From NCBI GenBank assembly GCA_003614675.1, contig ML002233.1, positions 45,939 through 65,938 of the forward strand: a DNA stretch of 20,000 nucleotides, read 5' to 3'. The notes beneath the pieces were generated by a model. That model did not search any database. It saw nothing but the letters and a program-made list of their open reading frames with translations, and had not been told where the DNA came from. Position numbers and translations under genes: made by a program. Positions 1-10,715 of this stretch are shown in pieces; the stretch's first letter is position 1, and every line of letters begins with the position of its first letter. Source of the stretch: Dimargaris cristalligena. Taxonomy: Eukaryota.

Positions 1-320
1 GCGTTTAGTTGAGAGCAGCTCATGTAGGCATGGTATATAAGCGTAACGGGGGCGGTAATGTCACCGAAATAGTCATGGACGAGCCAACCCGTAGTTCTAG
101 GATTTCTATAATATTACTATTTAACATACGAATACCATGATCAATATCTCCGCATTACGATATAACTACTTGGCGCCCATCCCAACCGATGGAACCGACC
201 AACTCCATCAATGAACAGCCCAAACCGTTACTCCGTTTAGCCTATACTCGCTGAAATGGTAGCGCAATTTGCCTTAGGGAGAGATTGGTTTGGGTGAAAT
301 TCAGCGTCGCGGTGTACTAA

Positions 321-342
321 ATATATATATATATATATATAT
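321..342. repeat. (AT)11 dinucleotide microsatellite
   Basis: Perfect AT repeat read directly at 321-342. Confidence 0.95.
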
Positions 343-1363
343 GGAAACATAGGTAATAAAATGGCGTTTAACCCGTAGACCCTAAATTAATAACCAGCTA
401 TCCCGCTATACGGTTGGATGAACCCATTCTCGGATAAATGGTGGCTTTAGTTTAGAAACGGGTGTTACGAAAGTCCACAGTGAGATACAAATTCCATGGA
501 GTAAACTGTAATGCTTGACTACCTCAGTTATTCGATTTACACTGTAGCCCTTCATTCTGGCCACTTCAATATATACGAATGCCAATAGTATTAACTAAGA
601 CTGACTGCCTACCAGAGAAGACTGTCGGTCTCTAATAGCGTTCTTTCCTTTTACATTAATATGCTAATAAACATCTTTGCCATTCAAAACAAATACAAAA
701 AGCAGTAAAAACGAGTAGACAAATATTATTCTTTTGAATTAATTAGCCAGAGTTGGCAGCACTTGTTCCCATTCATTAAGGACCAAAAAAGAAACGACGG
801 CTGGGTGGGCCCCATGGGTAGGGGATGTTGGCCGTTTTCTAAATTGCCTGTCTATTTTTAATGTCCGGCGAGAGAGGGAAGGGGATAAACCACTATACCC
901 CGGCCTCCTCTTCCTTCTGTTGGTAGCAAAACCAATATCCATACAGCCCCGTTTTATTCCAATTGAACCGATAAAGAGGGGCCCAGACTCCATAATATAC
1001 AATGATTAGTCTGTAGGAATCGGTCTCCCTTGTGCATATCGTTAATGGAAAAGAATTGTAAGCCCATCGGCGACCCAAACCGCGCGTGTCACTACTATAG
1101 GCGGGGTGCACGGGTACTACGGGACCGACGTGGCTACCTAACTTGCAAGTAGTTGTTATGGTGCATAAGAATAGAGCCCAGCTAGTATATTGGTTGCGCA
1201 GTCGTGTGGTTTGGCAAATCCCTCCATTTTTTAATAGTTTCTCAGAAGAAGACGCCCTAAAGGGCCCCATGCAAAGGGAGCCCCTGTTTTCCAAATAGGT
1301 TGGCAACAATTAGGGATATCCCCCCCCTTCCTCTCCTCCCTTAAAGCCCGCCGAATGGCGACG

Positions 1364-1371
1364 TATAAATA
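1364..1371 (+). promoter_or_regulatory. Candidate TATA box (TATAAATA) for the 1597-3363 gene/pseudogene
   Basis: Consensus TATAWAW about 230 nt upstream of ATG 1597, followed by pyrimidine-rich, 5'UTR-like sequence. Confidence 0.4.
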
Positions 1372-1596
1372 ACCTTGGTGCCGCATAGCCATTTTACTTT
1401 AAACATTTCGATACCCTACCCACTCTCTTTAGCTGTTTAATCTTTAGCCTTGACCCTATTTCTCCTTCGTGACTTTTACTATCACGATCGGACGACCTTT
1501 TATTTATATTTTTGGTAGCCTACTTGCTATTATTCTTTTGACCTAAAGTGTGCTAAGCCCTCCCCGCCACCTCTTCCCGACCACCATTCGACCAAC

Positions 1597-3363
1597 ATGG
1601 AAATCTCCATCAGCGTTTATACCATTGCCACCGGGCTTGTTCTTGCTTCGATTACCCGGGCGGCTTTATTCCAGGCAACCGATGGCGCTCGCGAGTCAAC
1701 TAGCACCGATTCGTACAAGTCTGGCTATACAATCCCTCCACCTGAATTGAGGGCCGCGGACTTTCCGACGAGTTTACTGGTTTTAAGAGGGCTTAATCTT
1801 GGTGAATATGAGGCTATCGAGATGGCATAATTAGGGTTCCAGGAGGTAAGTCTATAGCCATTAGTATTTATGGGCAGTTCTTCATTATCAACATACCGGT
1901 CCTGTTTAAAGATGCGTCTCTACTATTAGGAAACGGATGCTGTGTGTCTTATGTCCTCGAAGCAATACCTTTGGATAATGTCAGGGCGTGAGCGTTAAAC
2001 ATGTAAAAAGGGTCAACTTGTCGTGAATATAACATTCACCCCAAAATCAACCATATGTTTAATGGCCGATTATAGTACTCTTGTACATCCGCAGTCTAGC
2101 TCGCCCTCACTTAGTACTGCTTCCAACTCATTTGTACTGACTATGCACTTTGCTGTCCAATTTGCCATTGCGAATCATAAAACTTTCTAGTTGTTCGATG
2201 ACTGTGGGAGATACCTTAGAGAAGAGCCAAACACATATTTGGAACCTAAAGTCTGGCATAAACTAGCCCCGGTTTGGAATAAGCTAGTACCTTTAGACAC
2301 CTGGGATACATATCTTATGTATATTCAGGGTACTATGGCGGGAAAATACGAGACATCCATAAGGAAAGAAAATACTGTTGCCAAGTCAAATGAAGACACG
2401 TTGTGGTTGGCCAAAATTTACGAATAATTTTTGGTGGAAAATCTCGAGAATCAATTCGTTAAAGACAACGAGCGGCTGGCGATTGACTTGGCCCAACCTA
2501 GTCATAAAGAATGCCAAACCCTTTTTCCTTTCGTCGCCAATATCACTGAGGTTCAACTTTTTACACTGTGGGAAACCTTATTGCACGAAGGTGCACTGTC
2601 TTCCAATGAAAGCACATTGTTTGCCGGAGGTGTAGTGGACACTACAGTGTACAAACATAGACATAGCACTACCATGGCCCGTATGTCCCATCTGAGACTC
2701 CCCAAAATAACGCTTAACCAGTTGCTCCTTTCCAAAATACTACCGATTGCAGTGGTCCGGATTATCCAGACCGCATTATGGAACCTTGGCCGTCTATCAC
2801 AGCAAAACGTAGTTTACGGGTATTTTAAAAGGGTAATTAAGCATATCATCGAGTCTAAGGATACTGCCGCAGAAGCAGCACGTAGAGCTACCAATGCTCG
2901 TAGCCAGGCCTTCGCATATCTCGCGTTCGCGTATATTCGATCGGATAATACGGCGGTTGGTCAGATCAAGGCAATTTTCTATTCCACGACAATCCCCAGT
3001 AAACTTAGCGGGCCACTTACTATTGCCAAAACAAGTCTAGAGGCCGGGTTTCGACACCTGCATATTATCCGGGATGATTACTCAATGTGTGAATTTTGGC
3101 CATCATCCGTGTCGTCTTTGGGTAAAGCGTATTCCCCATTTCCTAAAAAGATAGCCTTGTCATTAACCAGGGAAGGAAACCCGATTCAACCAGTTCCATC
3201 TGCCTTGGTCACAAGTGAAATCCCGTCCAACGCCTTGTTGGATACCACGTACTTATGGAAGACTATCTCTAAATACAAATTCACGATCCTCCGCGCAAAA
3301 AACCAACCACTGGATCGTGGTGGATCAAAAAAACTAACGCGAGCACCCACTAAGTCAACTTAA
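1597..3363 (+). pseudogene. Pseudogene of a secreted protein (~500-570 aa) of unknown family, with a signal peptide and one intron (donor at 1846)
   Basis: ORFs 1597..1830, 2191..2427 and 2431..3363 share one frame. The N-terminus MEISISVYTIATGLVLASITRA is signal-peptide-like. A phase-0 donor CAG GAG|GTAAGT lies at 1846, five codons after the TAA at 1828. Phase-0 acceptors are available at 1911 (AAG), 1929 (TAG) and 2094 (CAG). In-frame stops: TAA 1828, TAG 1927, TAA 1996, TAG 2188, TAA 2425 (the ones at 1927 and 1996 count only for the shorter intron models). No frameshift. Confidence 0.7.
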
Positions 3364-4705
3364 CCTTATTTAAAACTGTGCCGACCAATTTAGTTGAAAA
3401 TGAATATATTATTTTAGAATCCCTTGCTAATGCTCTGCTTCGTAGCCCATTTTCGATATATACCAGCTGCTAATAAAATTCCGATTTTGGTACGCCTATT
3501 ATTATCAGGGAGTTGTTTTGGAATCCCTGAATGGAAGGAAGTGGATATTTGTAGAGAGTCTGCTATGTGTCCTCTCTTACTCGTAATCTTATTATTATAT
3601 TTTTAACCGATTCGGCAGTATCGTTATTAAATTAGTGTTTAGTTATTAATTGTACTAAAATTATCAGCCCGTCCACTTATTTATGGAAGGCTTCGAATAT
3701 ATTAAGGTACATTGACAGTTTACCTTCCATTTGGGAGAAACTAAGTGAAACTGGACTAGACTTTGAAGAATAGGCAATTGGCTAAACGGGTGCACTGTAA
3801 TTTAAGAATGATGGGCAATTTGTGTCCCGTACCTCTGCTTCGAAAACCCGTGGAAAATGACTCGATACTTTCTAAAGGGGATCTTGCAAGCTGTTCACCC
3901 CCCGGCCACCAGGCCACCTTGTGCCTCCCCCCTGGACAGTATTCACGATTTAGTTGAACGACTAAATACCACTGCACCCTGGGTGAAAACGTTCCCCCAA
4001 ATCTCAGATAAAATGGCCGTCATGGCCTTGTTGATAACCCCCAGACCCACATATTAACGTGATAAATGTTAATACCGTTGTACTCAGGTCGCAGTCAATG
4101 AAATCGACCCCCCACCTCCACATCCTAAACACTCTGTAAAGATAAAAGGTCCATTTCTCAACCCTGTCTGCCAAAGGATAAAGTAAGTTGGCATAGCAAA
4201 CGGCGATTCCCTTATTGTTGAAAACAAACCTAAAGCTGTATGCGTATACTACTATTATTATAGGGAGGGCAAAGGCATGCCCACTCCATCTAGTCAATCT
4301 GGGAGGGTTCCGCGATTACACTGTAGCCAGGCCAAAAAGACCTCATATGTCCATTTTCGCTATTCCTTCAAAGTATGCAGCCACCGAATTTGTTCGAATG
4401 AAAGAAATGGCAATCTAGACCTTTAATGTGAATAATTATACAGGCTAGTAAATAAAATAAAATAAAAACAAAACGCATACGAAACCGAAAACACATAATA
4501 AAAATAAATAAGACGTGGTCAATAATAGACCGGAGCCAACAAAATAAATAAACGAACAAATAAGAGCAAAGTGCCATTTAAACGGCATCATCATAAAAAC
4601 ATTGCGCCAAACTATAATGCTAGCCACATTATGTGGGCAATCACGGCACAATTGGGCGTTTATAATAAATCAAAAATCCATGGTAACCGCATATGGTATA
4701 TAGGC

Positions 4706-6619
4706 CTAGCCACTAAAGAGGCGGACGATATTGAAAGTAAGGCAAATGGACATGACCAAGCAACCGTATACGACCAGGGCCATGGATAGAAATTTGAGGA
4801 CGGTCATGGGGGCGCGTTGGTGGATCTTGTAGAAGAATAGGCCGGGCAAAATAAAGGATATCGTGGTAGAGCCCGTTGAACCGACAAATGAGAGCACCAG
4901 GTCCAGCTGGGATACCGACATCGCCACCAGATACGAGAAAAACAGAATACAGATGGTCACGGCGATGAACATGCGGCGCGACATGGCAGGGGGTACAATG
5001 TTACCGGTAGAGGCTAACGACAAGGGTCGGGACCGACCGGAGTGGCCTCCCCCTCCCACCCGCAGTCCATCTTCGTCGTCGTCCTGCAGGGCTGCATAGC
5101 CACTCTGTTGCGCCTGGAGGTATTCGGTGGGAGCGGTCTCCATCTGGCGCCTTTGGGCCACGTATAGGCTGCCGTTGGGTAATAGAGTAGAGCCGGCATC
5201 AATAGACACATCCCCCCCGCCTAGAATCGGATGCCGACCGTCTAGTATCGGTGAATTGGGATCACTGAGACTTTTGGGGCGTTGGAAACGGGGTAGCACG
5301 TAGCCACAAATAATCTTGTCCAGGCAGGCCCGGCAAGGGTGGCATTGTAGAGGGTAGGAGAGCAGCATGAGTACCCCAATAGCCACTTGGCCCAACGTAA
5401 CCAAGGGCCCGCTGTGGTACATGAGGATGATATTGGGCAATACGTCGTCGCCGAATTGGAGGTAGCCGAGAATGGCCACGATAAGGTAAGCCACGGTGGC
5501 TACGCTAATGGCCAAATGGATGGTACCTTTAATGTTACGGGGGGAGTTGTCCCGTAATTCGTTATACACACTAAAAATGTTCTGGTGGCAGGTGAATGCA
5601 AACACGAAAATGGGGAGGTTGGTGAAGAATTGCGGCGATAGTTTGATGAGGGAGACTCGGCCGGCGGGGACAGGGGTGCGGGCGGGGTCTAAGAAATTGA
5701 CCAGCACAATGACCACCAAGTACAACAAGGCTACTAGTGCTACCATGGAGGTATAACGCAGCGAGTCTAGCCTACGCAAAAAGGCGAGGGGCGTGAGTAA
5801 CAGAATGGCCAAGGTAATCCAGAAGCGACGGTCCGTCAGCAAAAGAAACAGGAACGAGGGGTCGGTTTTGGCGTACGTGACCACATTGAGAGGCTCGGGG
5901 ATGAATAGGGCACTCATGACCTGGGGCATCACTTCACCGAAGATAATGAGGTACGAGATGGACACCCCAAAGCACTTGATAGCGATGGCCAGGTCGAAGA
6001 AGAGCGAGGCACCCGGGTAGGTCAACTGGCTCACGGTAAAGAAGGAGGCATGTCGTCCTTCCACAAAGCGAGCGCAGTAGCCCAGGAAGAAGAGGCCCAG
6101 GGCCGAAGCAGCGGCGGAAAAGAGAATAATCCAGCTCCCGAGTAGCAAGCCTACCGAGGCCATGGCAGTAGGCATGGCCAGGATACCCGACCCTAAAATG
6201 GTGTTACATAAATTGACCACGCATGAAAAAACGGTAGCAGTGGGCTCCTGGCCGTCGACGGAGGGGCCGCTGGGTGAGCGCGGGGGGGACAGGGAGTCGG
6301 CCTCGTCGTAGTCGACGGACTCGGCCGATGAGCGGTGCAAATGGGGGGCCATTGGCCGGGAGGGAATCCCTATACCCTCCTCGGGGGGGTCGCCGCCACC
6401 AGTTGAGCCACCGCTCCCGGTATCGATGCGTCGCAGGGTAGTGTGTGAGTGGGAGTTCTTGAGGCGGGCCGAGGTACTAGATGCTACCGAGGTCACCGAA
6501 TGATTGGATTTGGTCCGGGTTACGCGGGGGGCCGACTCTACGGGCCGCGCGGGGGCATTTCCATCGGGTACTTGGTTTCGCAGGGGTGGCCCGGCCGTGG
6601 AAGGGGCCCTTGTTGACAT
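4706..6619 (-). CDS. AVT6: Vacuolar amino-acid transporter, AVT5/6/7 subfamily (Aa_trans/AAAP family), 637 aa, intronless CDS
   Basis: Family motifs NLCNTILGSGILAMP, FDLAIAIKCFGVSISYLII, IFVFAFTCHQN, SYPLQCHPCR and VGSTGSTTISFILPGLFF, with about 11 hydrophobic segments. It has a disordered Ser/Pro-rich N-terminus and a long late hydrophilic loop. The symbol is subfamily-level; orthology among AVT5/6/7 is not resolved. Confidence 0.93.
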   Translation of the reverse strand: MSTRAPSTAGPPLRNQVPDGNAPARPVESAPRVTRTKSNHSVTSVASSTSARLKNSHSHTTLRRIDTGSGGSTGGGDPPEEGIGIPSRPMAPHLHRSSAESVDYDEADSLSPPRSPSGPSVDGQEPTATVFSCVVNLCNTILGSGILAMPTAMASVGLLLGSWIILFSAAASALGLFFLGYCARFVEGRHASFFTVSQLTYPGASLFFDLAIAIKCFGVSISYLIIFGEVMPQVMSALFIPEPLNVVTYAKTDPSFLFLLLTDRRFWITLAILLLTPLAFLRRLDSLRYTSMVALVALLYLVVIVLVNFLDPARTPVPAGRVSLIKLSPQFFTNLPIFVFAFTCHQNIFSVYNELRDNSPRNIKGTIHLAISVATVAYLIVAILGYLQFGDDVLPNIILMYHSGPLVTLGQVAIGVLMLLSYPLQCHPCRACLDKIICGYVLPRFQRPKSLSDPNSPILDGRHPILGGGDVSIDAGSTLLPNGSLYVAQRRQMETAPTEYLQAQQSGYAALQDDDEDGLRVGGGGHSGRSRPLSLASTGNIVPPAMSRRMFIAVTICILFFSYLVAMSVSQLDLVLSFVGSTGSTTISFILPGLFFYKIHQRAPMTVLKFLSMALVVYGCLVMSICLTFNIVRLFSG

Positions 6620-7344
6620 TCTATTGAATAGTAGTAATAATAGAAATAGATTTTTAAATAAAAAAATAGAGCAGGAGTCGGAGAAACAGGGAATATCCGA
6701 ATATAGACTAAAGGAAAATGGTTAGGCAGTGGTGTACCTCTTTCTGGGGTGGAAGTAAACGCAGAACTGGGGACTTCTACCGTTGGCTATAGATAACAAG
6801 CCACACTTCAATAATAGTAATAATAATAAAATTAAATGTGGGCAGGCACTTGGATGAGAAAGGGAAGGACCAAAAGTGGATAAGGACTAAAGTCAAGGGC
6901 AGATGACCAACCGGTTAACGACGAAGACTGGAGTCGAGGCAAAAATAATAATAGCAGCAGTTGGTCGTCGTCTAACTCGGGCAATTTCAAGGTAGTAGGG
7001 GGAGAATGTGGAGAGAGTGGGAGAAGGAGGAAGTGAATGTGGTGGTGGTGGTGGGGATTCCTTCTCTCAGGCACAGCAAAGTGGCAGTCCCAGTGGGGAA
7101 AGGCTTGTCAAGTAAGTCAAGCAGAGGGAATTAAATCGAGGTTGTGTGGGTGGGGCGCAGCTCCGGGCGGGTCCAGATAGAGAGGGGATACGTTGATTTG
7201 TAGGTAAAGGTGGACTGAACTCGGGCTGCTAAAGAGCCCCGAGATAATTAAATAATGGCGTAAATATAATCGTTAAAGAAGCGAGAGAAAGAGAGGGAGG
7301 GAGAGAATATGAAATCAATTATCGGATAGTCAACCCGCCCTGTG

Positions 7345-7354
7345 TTATATATAA
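7345..7354 (-). promoter_or_regulatory. Candidate TATA box (TTATATATAA) of the transporter gene
   Basis: On the - strand it is followed by a CT-rich tract (~7280-7305) and then ATG-free sequence all the way to the start codon at 6619. Confidence 0.5.
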
Positions 7355-7747
7355 ATCTTTTCTCTAACGGCCTAGGTCAGCTTTATATTAGTTGGTGCAT
7401 AGAGGGATATTGTGAAGTATATGCGCATGTATGCTATAAATGCTATAAATTTTTTTATATGGAAAAAACTAGGATAGGTGCCTATAGTATCTGAGGATAT
7501 AGCAGCAGCAATAAAAGTTATTATATGTATATGGCGCGCTTTATAAGCGGGGAAAAGCGTAAAGGAGAAGGGGGGCACTCGGAATATATGGTTGGCCAAT
7601 ATGGGTGGTTAGTTATATATAGTAGGGACTTTTCCATCCCTCATTCTCTAAATGTCGGTCCAATCAAATTAGAGAGAAACCAGTAGTAGCTAGGTAGGTG
7701 AATGGGCAAATAACTAATGGAGAAAGAGTGATGGTGGATCCCCCCCT

Positions 7748-7779
7748 TCACCGCGCCAATTTTTTACATAGCGCGGTGA
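7748..7779. repeat. 9-bp perfect inverted repeat TCACCGCGC-N14-GCGCGGTGA
   Basis: Arms at 7748-7756 and 7771-7779, with an AT-rich spacer. Confidence 0.8.
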
Positions 7780-9666
7780 TTAAAAACGACCTTTAGCTGG
7801 TATTCCTGCATTCCGCAGAGTAATAAGGGCAGTTTCCCCAGCCTACTCCATAGTTTTTAGTCTAATGGCATCGATCATTCCAGTGGGGGCAGTGATATAT
7901 TAATTGCCAAAGGAAGCGGGGCGTATCTGGGCATTTTTATTAGGCCATCAACCCTGCCGAAATAGCGAAACAATTGGTTAGGCCAACTAAAAGCCAGGTA
8001 AAGACTCAACTAACCCGAAAAATGGCCAGGAAGTTGGGACCATTCCCTCTCCCCCGGCAATTTCATATTCACTTCTACCCCACCGACCAAGCTATATAAA
8101 CAATAGAGCGTCACATTGTTATTTTCCAGTCCTCACTAAAGGGCTCGGCTCGCTGGGACATCGATTAAGCTGTATGGAATTAACCATCTATAGTCCCATG
8201 ACAACAAGACCATGTGTAGTAGAGGTGGTGGGTGATGCGCCCAGCCTTGCGAAATTTAGCCAATCTGAGCCTATGGCTTTATCGGATTGAGCCTGTTCCA
8301 TATCTGTTGTGTTTTCGGAACTCTGCGCTATTAGGTCCAAAGAGATAGGCGGCTATTTATGACCCAGCTGACTTACCCATTAGCCGTATGAACCAGTCTG
8401 GGCTGGAGGTGCGCGTACAGCCCCATAACTATGCGGCCGACAACTACACTACCCTTTGGCCTTTATGGCGCCAATCTCTCTCGTTCGGCCACTAGCGTGT
8501 GGCGTCCGTTGGTCGGGGACACCCGTTCATGTATCATATTCCAACTTGACCCCTTCCACCACGACCCCCACACCTCTTTCTCTCTCTACCCTCTCCGCAA
8601 CCTTGGTCGGGCTGGGTAGAACCATAACCGAAAATAATATTAATATAGAGAAGGCCCTTTTAACCCATCCTCAGCGACTTCACTGGCTAATATCACCTAT
8701 ATACAGCAGAGCGTATACCCCGGGTGGCGTCGTTCGGGGAAGACGGTACGGCCTGGCCTAGATAGTGAAACCCTCGTCCATCGGTTGGACTGCAGGGCCC
8801 TTTATGGGTGGCGGAAAGTTAATTAAACAGCCGAGCATCCGAAACAGTGGACACGCGTTCCAGTGATACAAAGGGAAAAGGCCGGATAATTCTACGAAGT
8901 GGAGTCGAGTGTATGGGTGAGTGAGTGAAGGAGTAAGAGTGGTTAATGATTAATCGGGCTTCGTTACGCCAGCTAAATCGGCTCCAGAGCGAGCACTATC
9001 CTCCCCAATACGGGAAAATGGGCGGGGGAAGTAGCGGTGGATGTGGTGGATATGGGGAAGGGGGGCAACGCCACTGGGCTTGGTTACCCGAAAGCCCCCG
9101 CCCCTAATGGCCGGACCATATCGGTGGGTATTTTTCCCACAGCGACCACCCAATTTCGCGCTATTACTTGCTGGTTGATGAGATCGTATCCCCCATGTTC
9201 CTCCGCTTATCCTCACCTATGGTTTAACCCCAATCGGCCCTGCAAAGGGCGTATACACCGCTAAGTTCGGTTCAGCGGAACATGGAGATAATCAAATGAC
9301 GGTTAAGTTATCTAGGCCGCGGCAAATTGCTCATTCCTCCTCCCCTACATTCCACAGCTCGGCCTCTTCCTCCCTGGTAAATGGAAGCCAACGGCGATAA
9401 CAAGGGGAGACTGGCAAATTCTCCCCAATTCCCTAAACAGGCACACCACTGTCACACTCCAGGTTCCCAGTAGCCGATAACTCAGCCCCCATTCGCTTGA
9501 CTAATGATAGGCATGTCACAACAGTATCATCATTCGGTACCCGCGACCATGGCGGTACAACTGATCCTCCCCCCCGCCCATATTATAATTGAAATAAAGG
9601 TGAAACATGGATAAGCCGTAGATAGCGGCTATGCCCATTCTGGGTGAAGGAGGGCATACCATAAAA

Positions 9667-9751
9667 TGAAACGTCAACCACCTTGTCAACAGCTAATACG
9701 AGGGCATCTAGCCAAATTCGGGAGATTGTGGTTGGGGTAGTTGACGTTTCA
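9667..9751. repeat. 16-bp inverted repeat (1 mismatch) with a 53-nt spacer; each arm has a TGACGT core
   Basis: TGAAACGTCAACCACC (9667-9682) versus GGTAGTTGACGTTTCA (9736-9751); the outer 12 bp are perfect. Confidence 0.8.
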
Positions 9752-10400
9752 CCAACCCACCGGTATAGAGTGTGCTAGGTTAAAATTAATCCAGTGACTA
9801 AATCGGGGCACTTAATAATACCACAATCATACGGAAAAAGGGCGCGGAAATCCGGCGAGAGTGTTGTGTATATATGGGTGTGTGTATTGGGAGGGTCTGT
9901 TCACTGAATTTACCGGTGGGATTTACAGGCGTGCTACAACGGTTCGGGAGCCGAGTTTTTGTGGTTCGGAAGTATTTTCGGTATAGAAGAAAGTTTCCCC
10001 GTAGTCAAGGGACGGGTGCTGCAAGATCTACGATGGGATAGGCGTATGCCGGTTGTATGATGCTACCCCGTGACTACTGTGGGTGGCGGCTCCCTTGATT
10101 CTAGGTGTGGAGGAGAATACACGAACGATGTAGGCTCCGCTCATTTATGGACAATGCTGGCGAGGACTACATACCATTCGGCAGACCTCCATAGTAGTTA
10201 TAGTCCAAATACACACACACCTCTCCCAGTCGATTGGCCGCTCGTTGTCGTTACGTAAAGTGGGGCTATTCATTGCCGTGTAGCTGTATTAGGAAATGGG
10301 AAGGAAACTGCTCCGTAGCTTGTTCGATACGGGGATGTTTGGTAAGTCAATGAAACCCGCCAACCTCGTAAAATGCCAAGGGTGGGTGTATACTAGACCA

Positions 10401-10715
10401 TCATATATACCCCGTCCGAGATTCCCAGACTGTGTTATATCCCCTTGTACTTAAGGGTGGGCCTGGTCTTAAAGACTCCATGGCGGGAGGCATCACTTCT
10501 TTCCAGTCCAGTTGGGCTCAGATGACACTGATTAGGAATCTGTTTGCTCATTCCACCTCCCAGAGTATGTGGAATGTAGAGAGAGCCACCACATCTCTAC
10601 AGTGGTGGTATACTACGCCCCATGCCTGGGGTGAGGAAAGTATTGGCCATGAATGGATAGAATCGTATGACCACAAGTTCACACATGCCTTCTTTGCTTT
10701 AGGACAGACGAGGCA
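10401..10715 (-). mobile_element. Possible degenerate 3' fragment of a non-LTR retrotransposon ORF2 (L1/Tx1-like C-terminal region)
   Basis: The minus frame reads CLVCPKAKKACVNLWSY...W...W...ALSTFHILWEVE*ANRF...VI*AQLDWK. This recalls the 'ECPxAxxVW...lwxIWxeRNxxxF' pattern after the zf-RVT knuckle. Both internal stops are TGA (10548-10550, 10518-10520), consistent with CGA->TGA. Resemblance was judged by eye only. Confidence 0.33.

Noticed and set aside
1-105. Possible - strand exon running off the left edge (NPRTTGWLVHDYFGDITAP...)
   Set aside because: Too short, with no recognisable homology and no convincing upstream exon.
739-1309. ORFs 739..1002 and 893..1309 (-)
   Set aside because: No recognisable domain, codon bias or splice support.
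1597-3363. TAA/TAG reassigned to Gln (alternative genetic code)
   Set aside because: The three intact genes end in TAG or TAA and contain no in-frame TAR, including the 637-codon transporter with many Gln residues.
3756-4418. Second possible pseudogene (ORFs 3763, 3857, 4215)
   Set aside because: The ORFs are in different frames, there are four stops within 60 nt, and no motif is recognisable, so it cannot be told from non-coding DNA.
4368-4700. Hydrophobic ORFs 4368..4577 and 4445..4651 (-)
   Set aside because: They are artefacts of the T-rich 3'UTR/terminator region of the transporter.
4863-6725. Short ORFs overlapping the transporter
   Set aside because: They are antisense or off-frame shadows of a GC-rich CDS.
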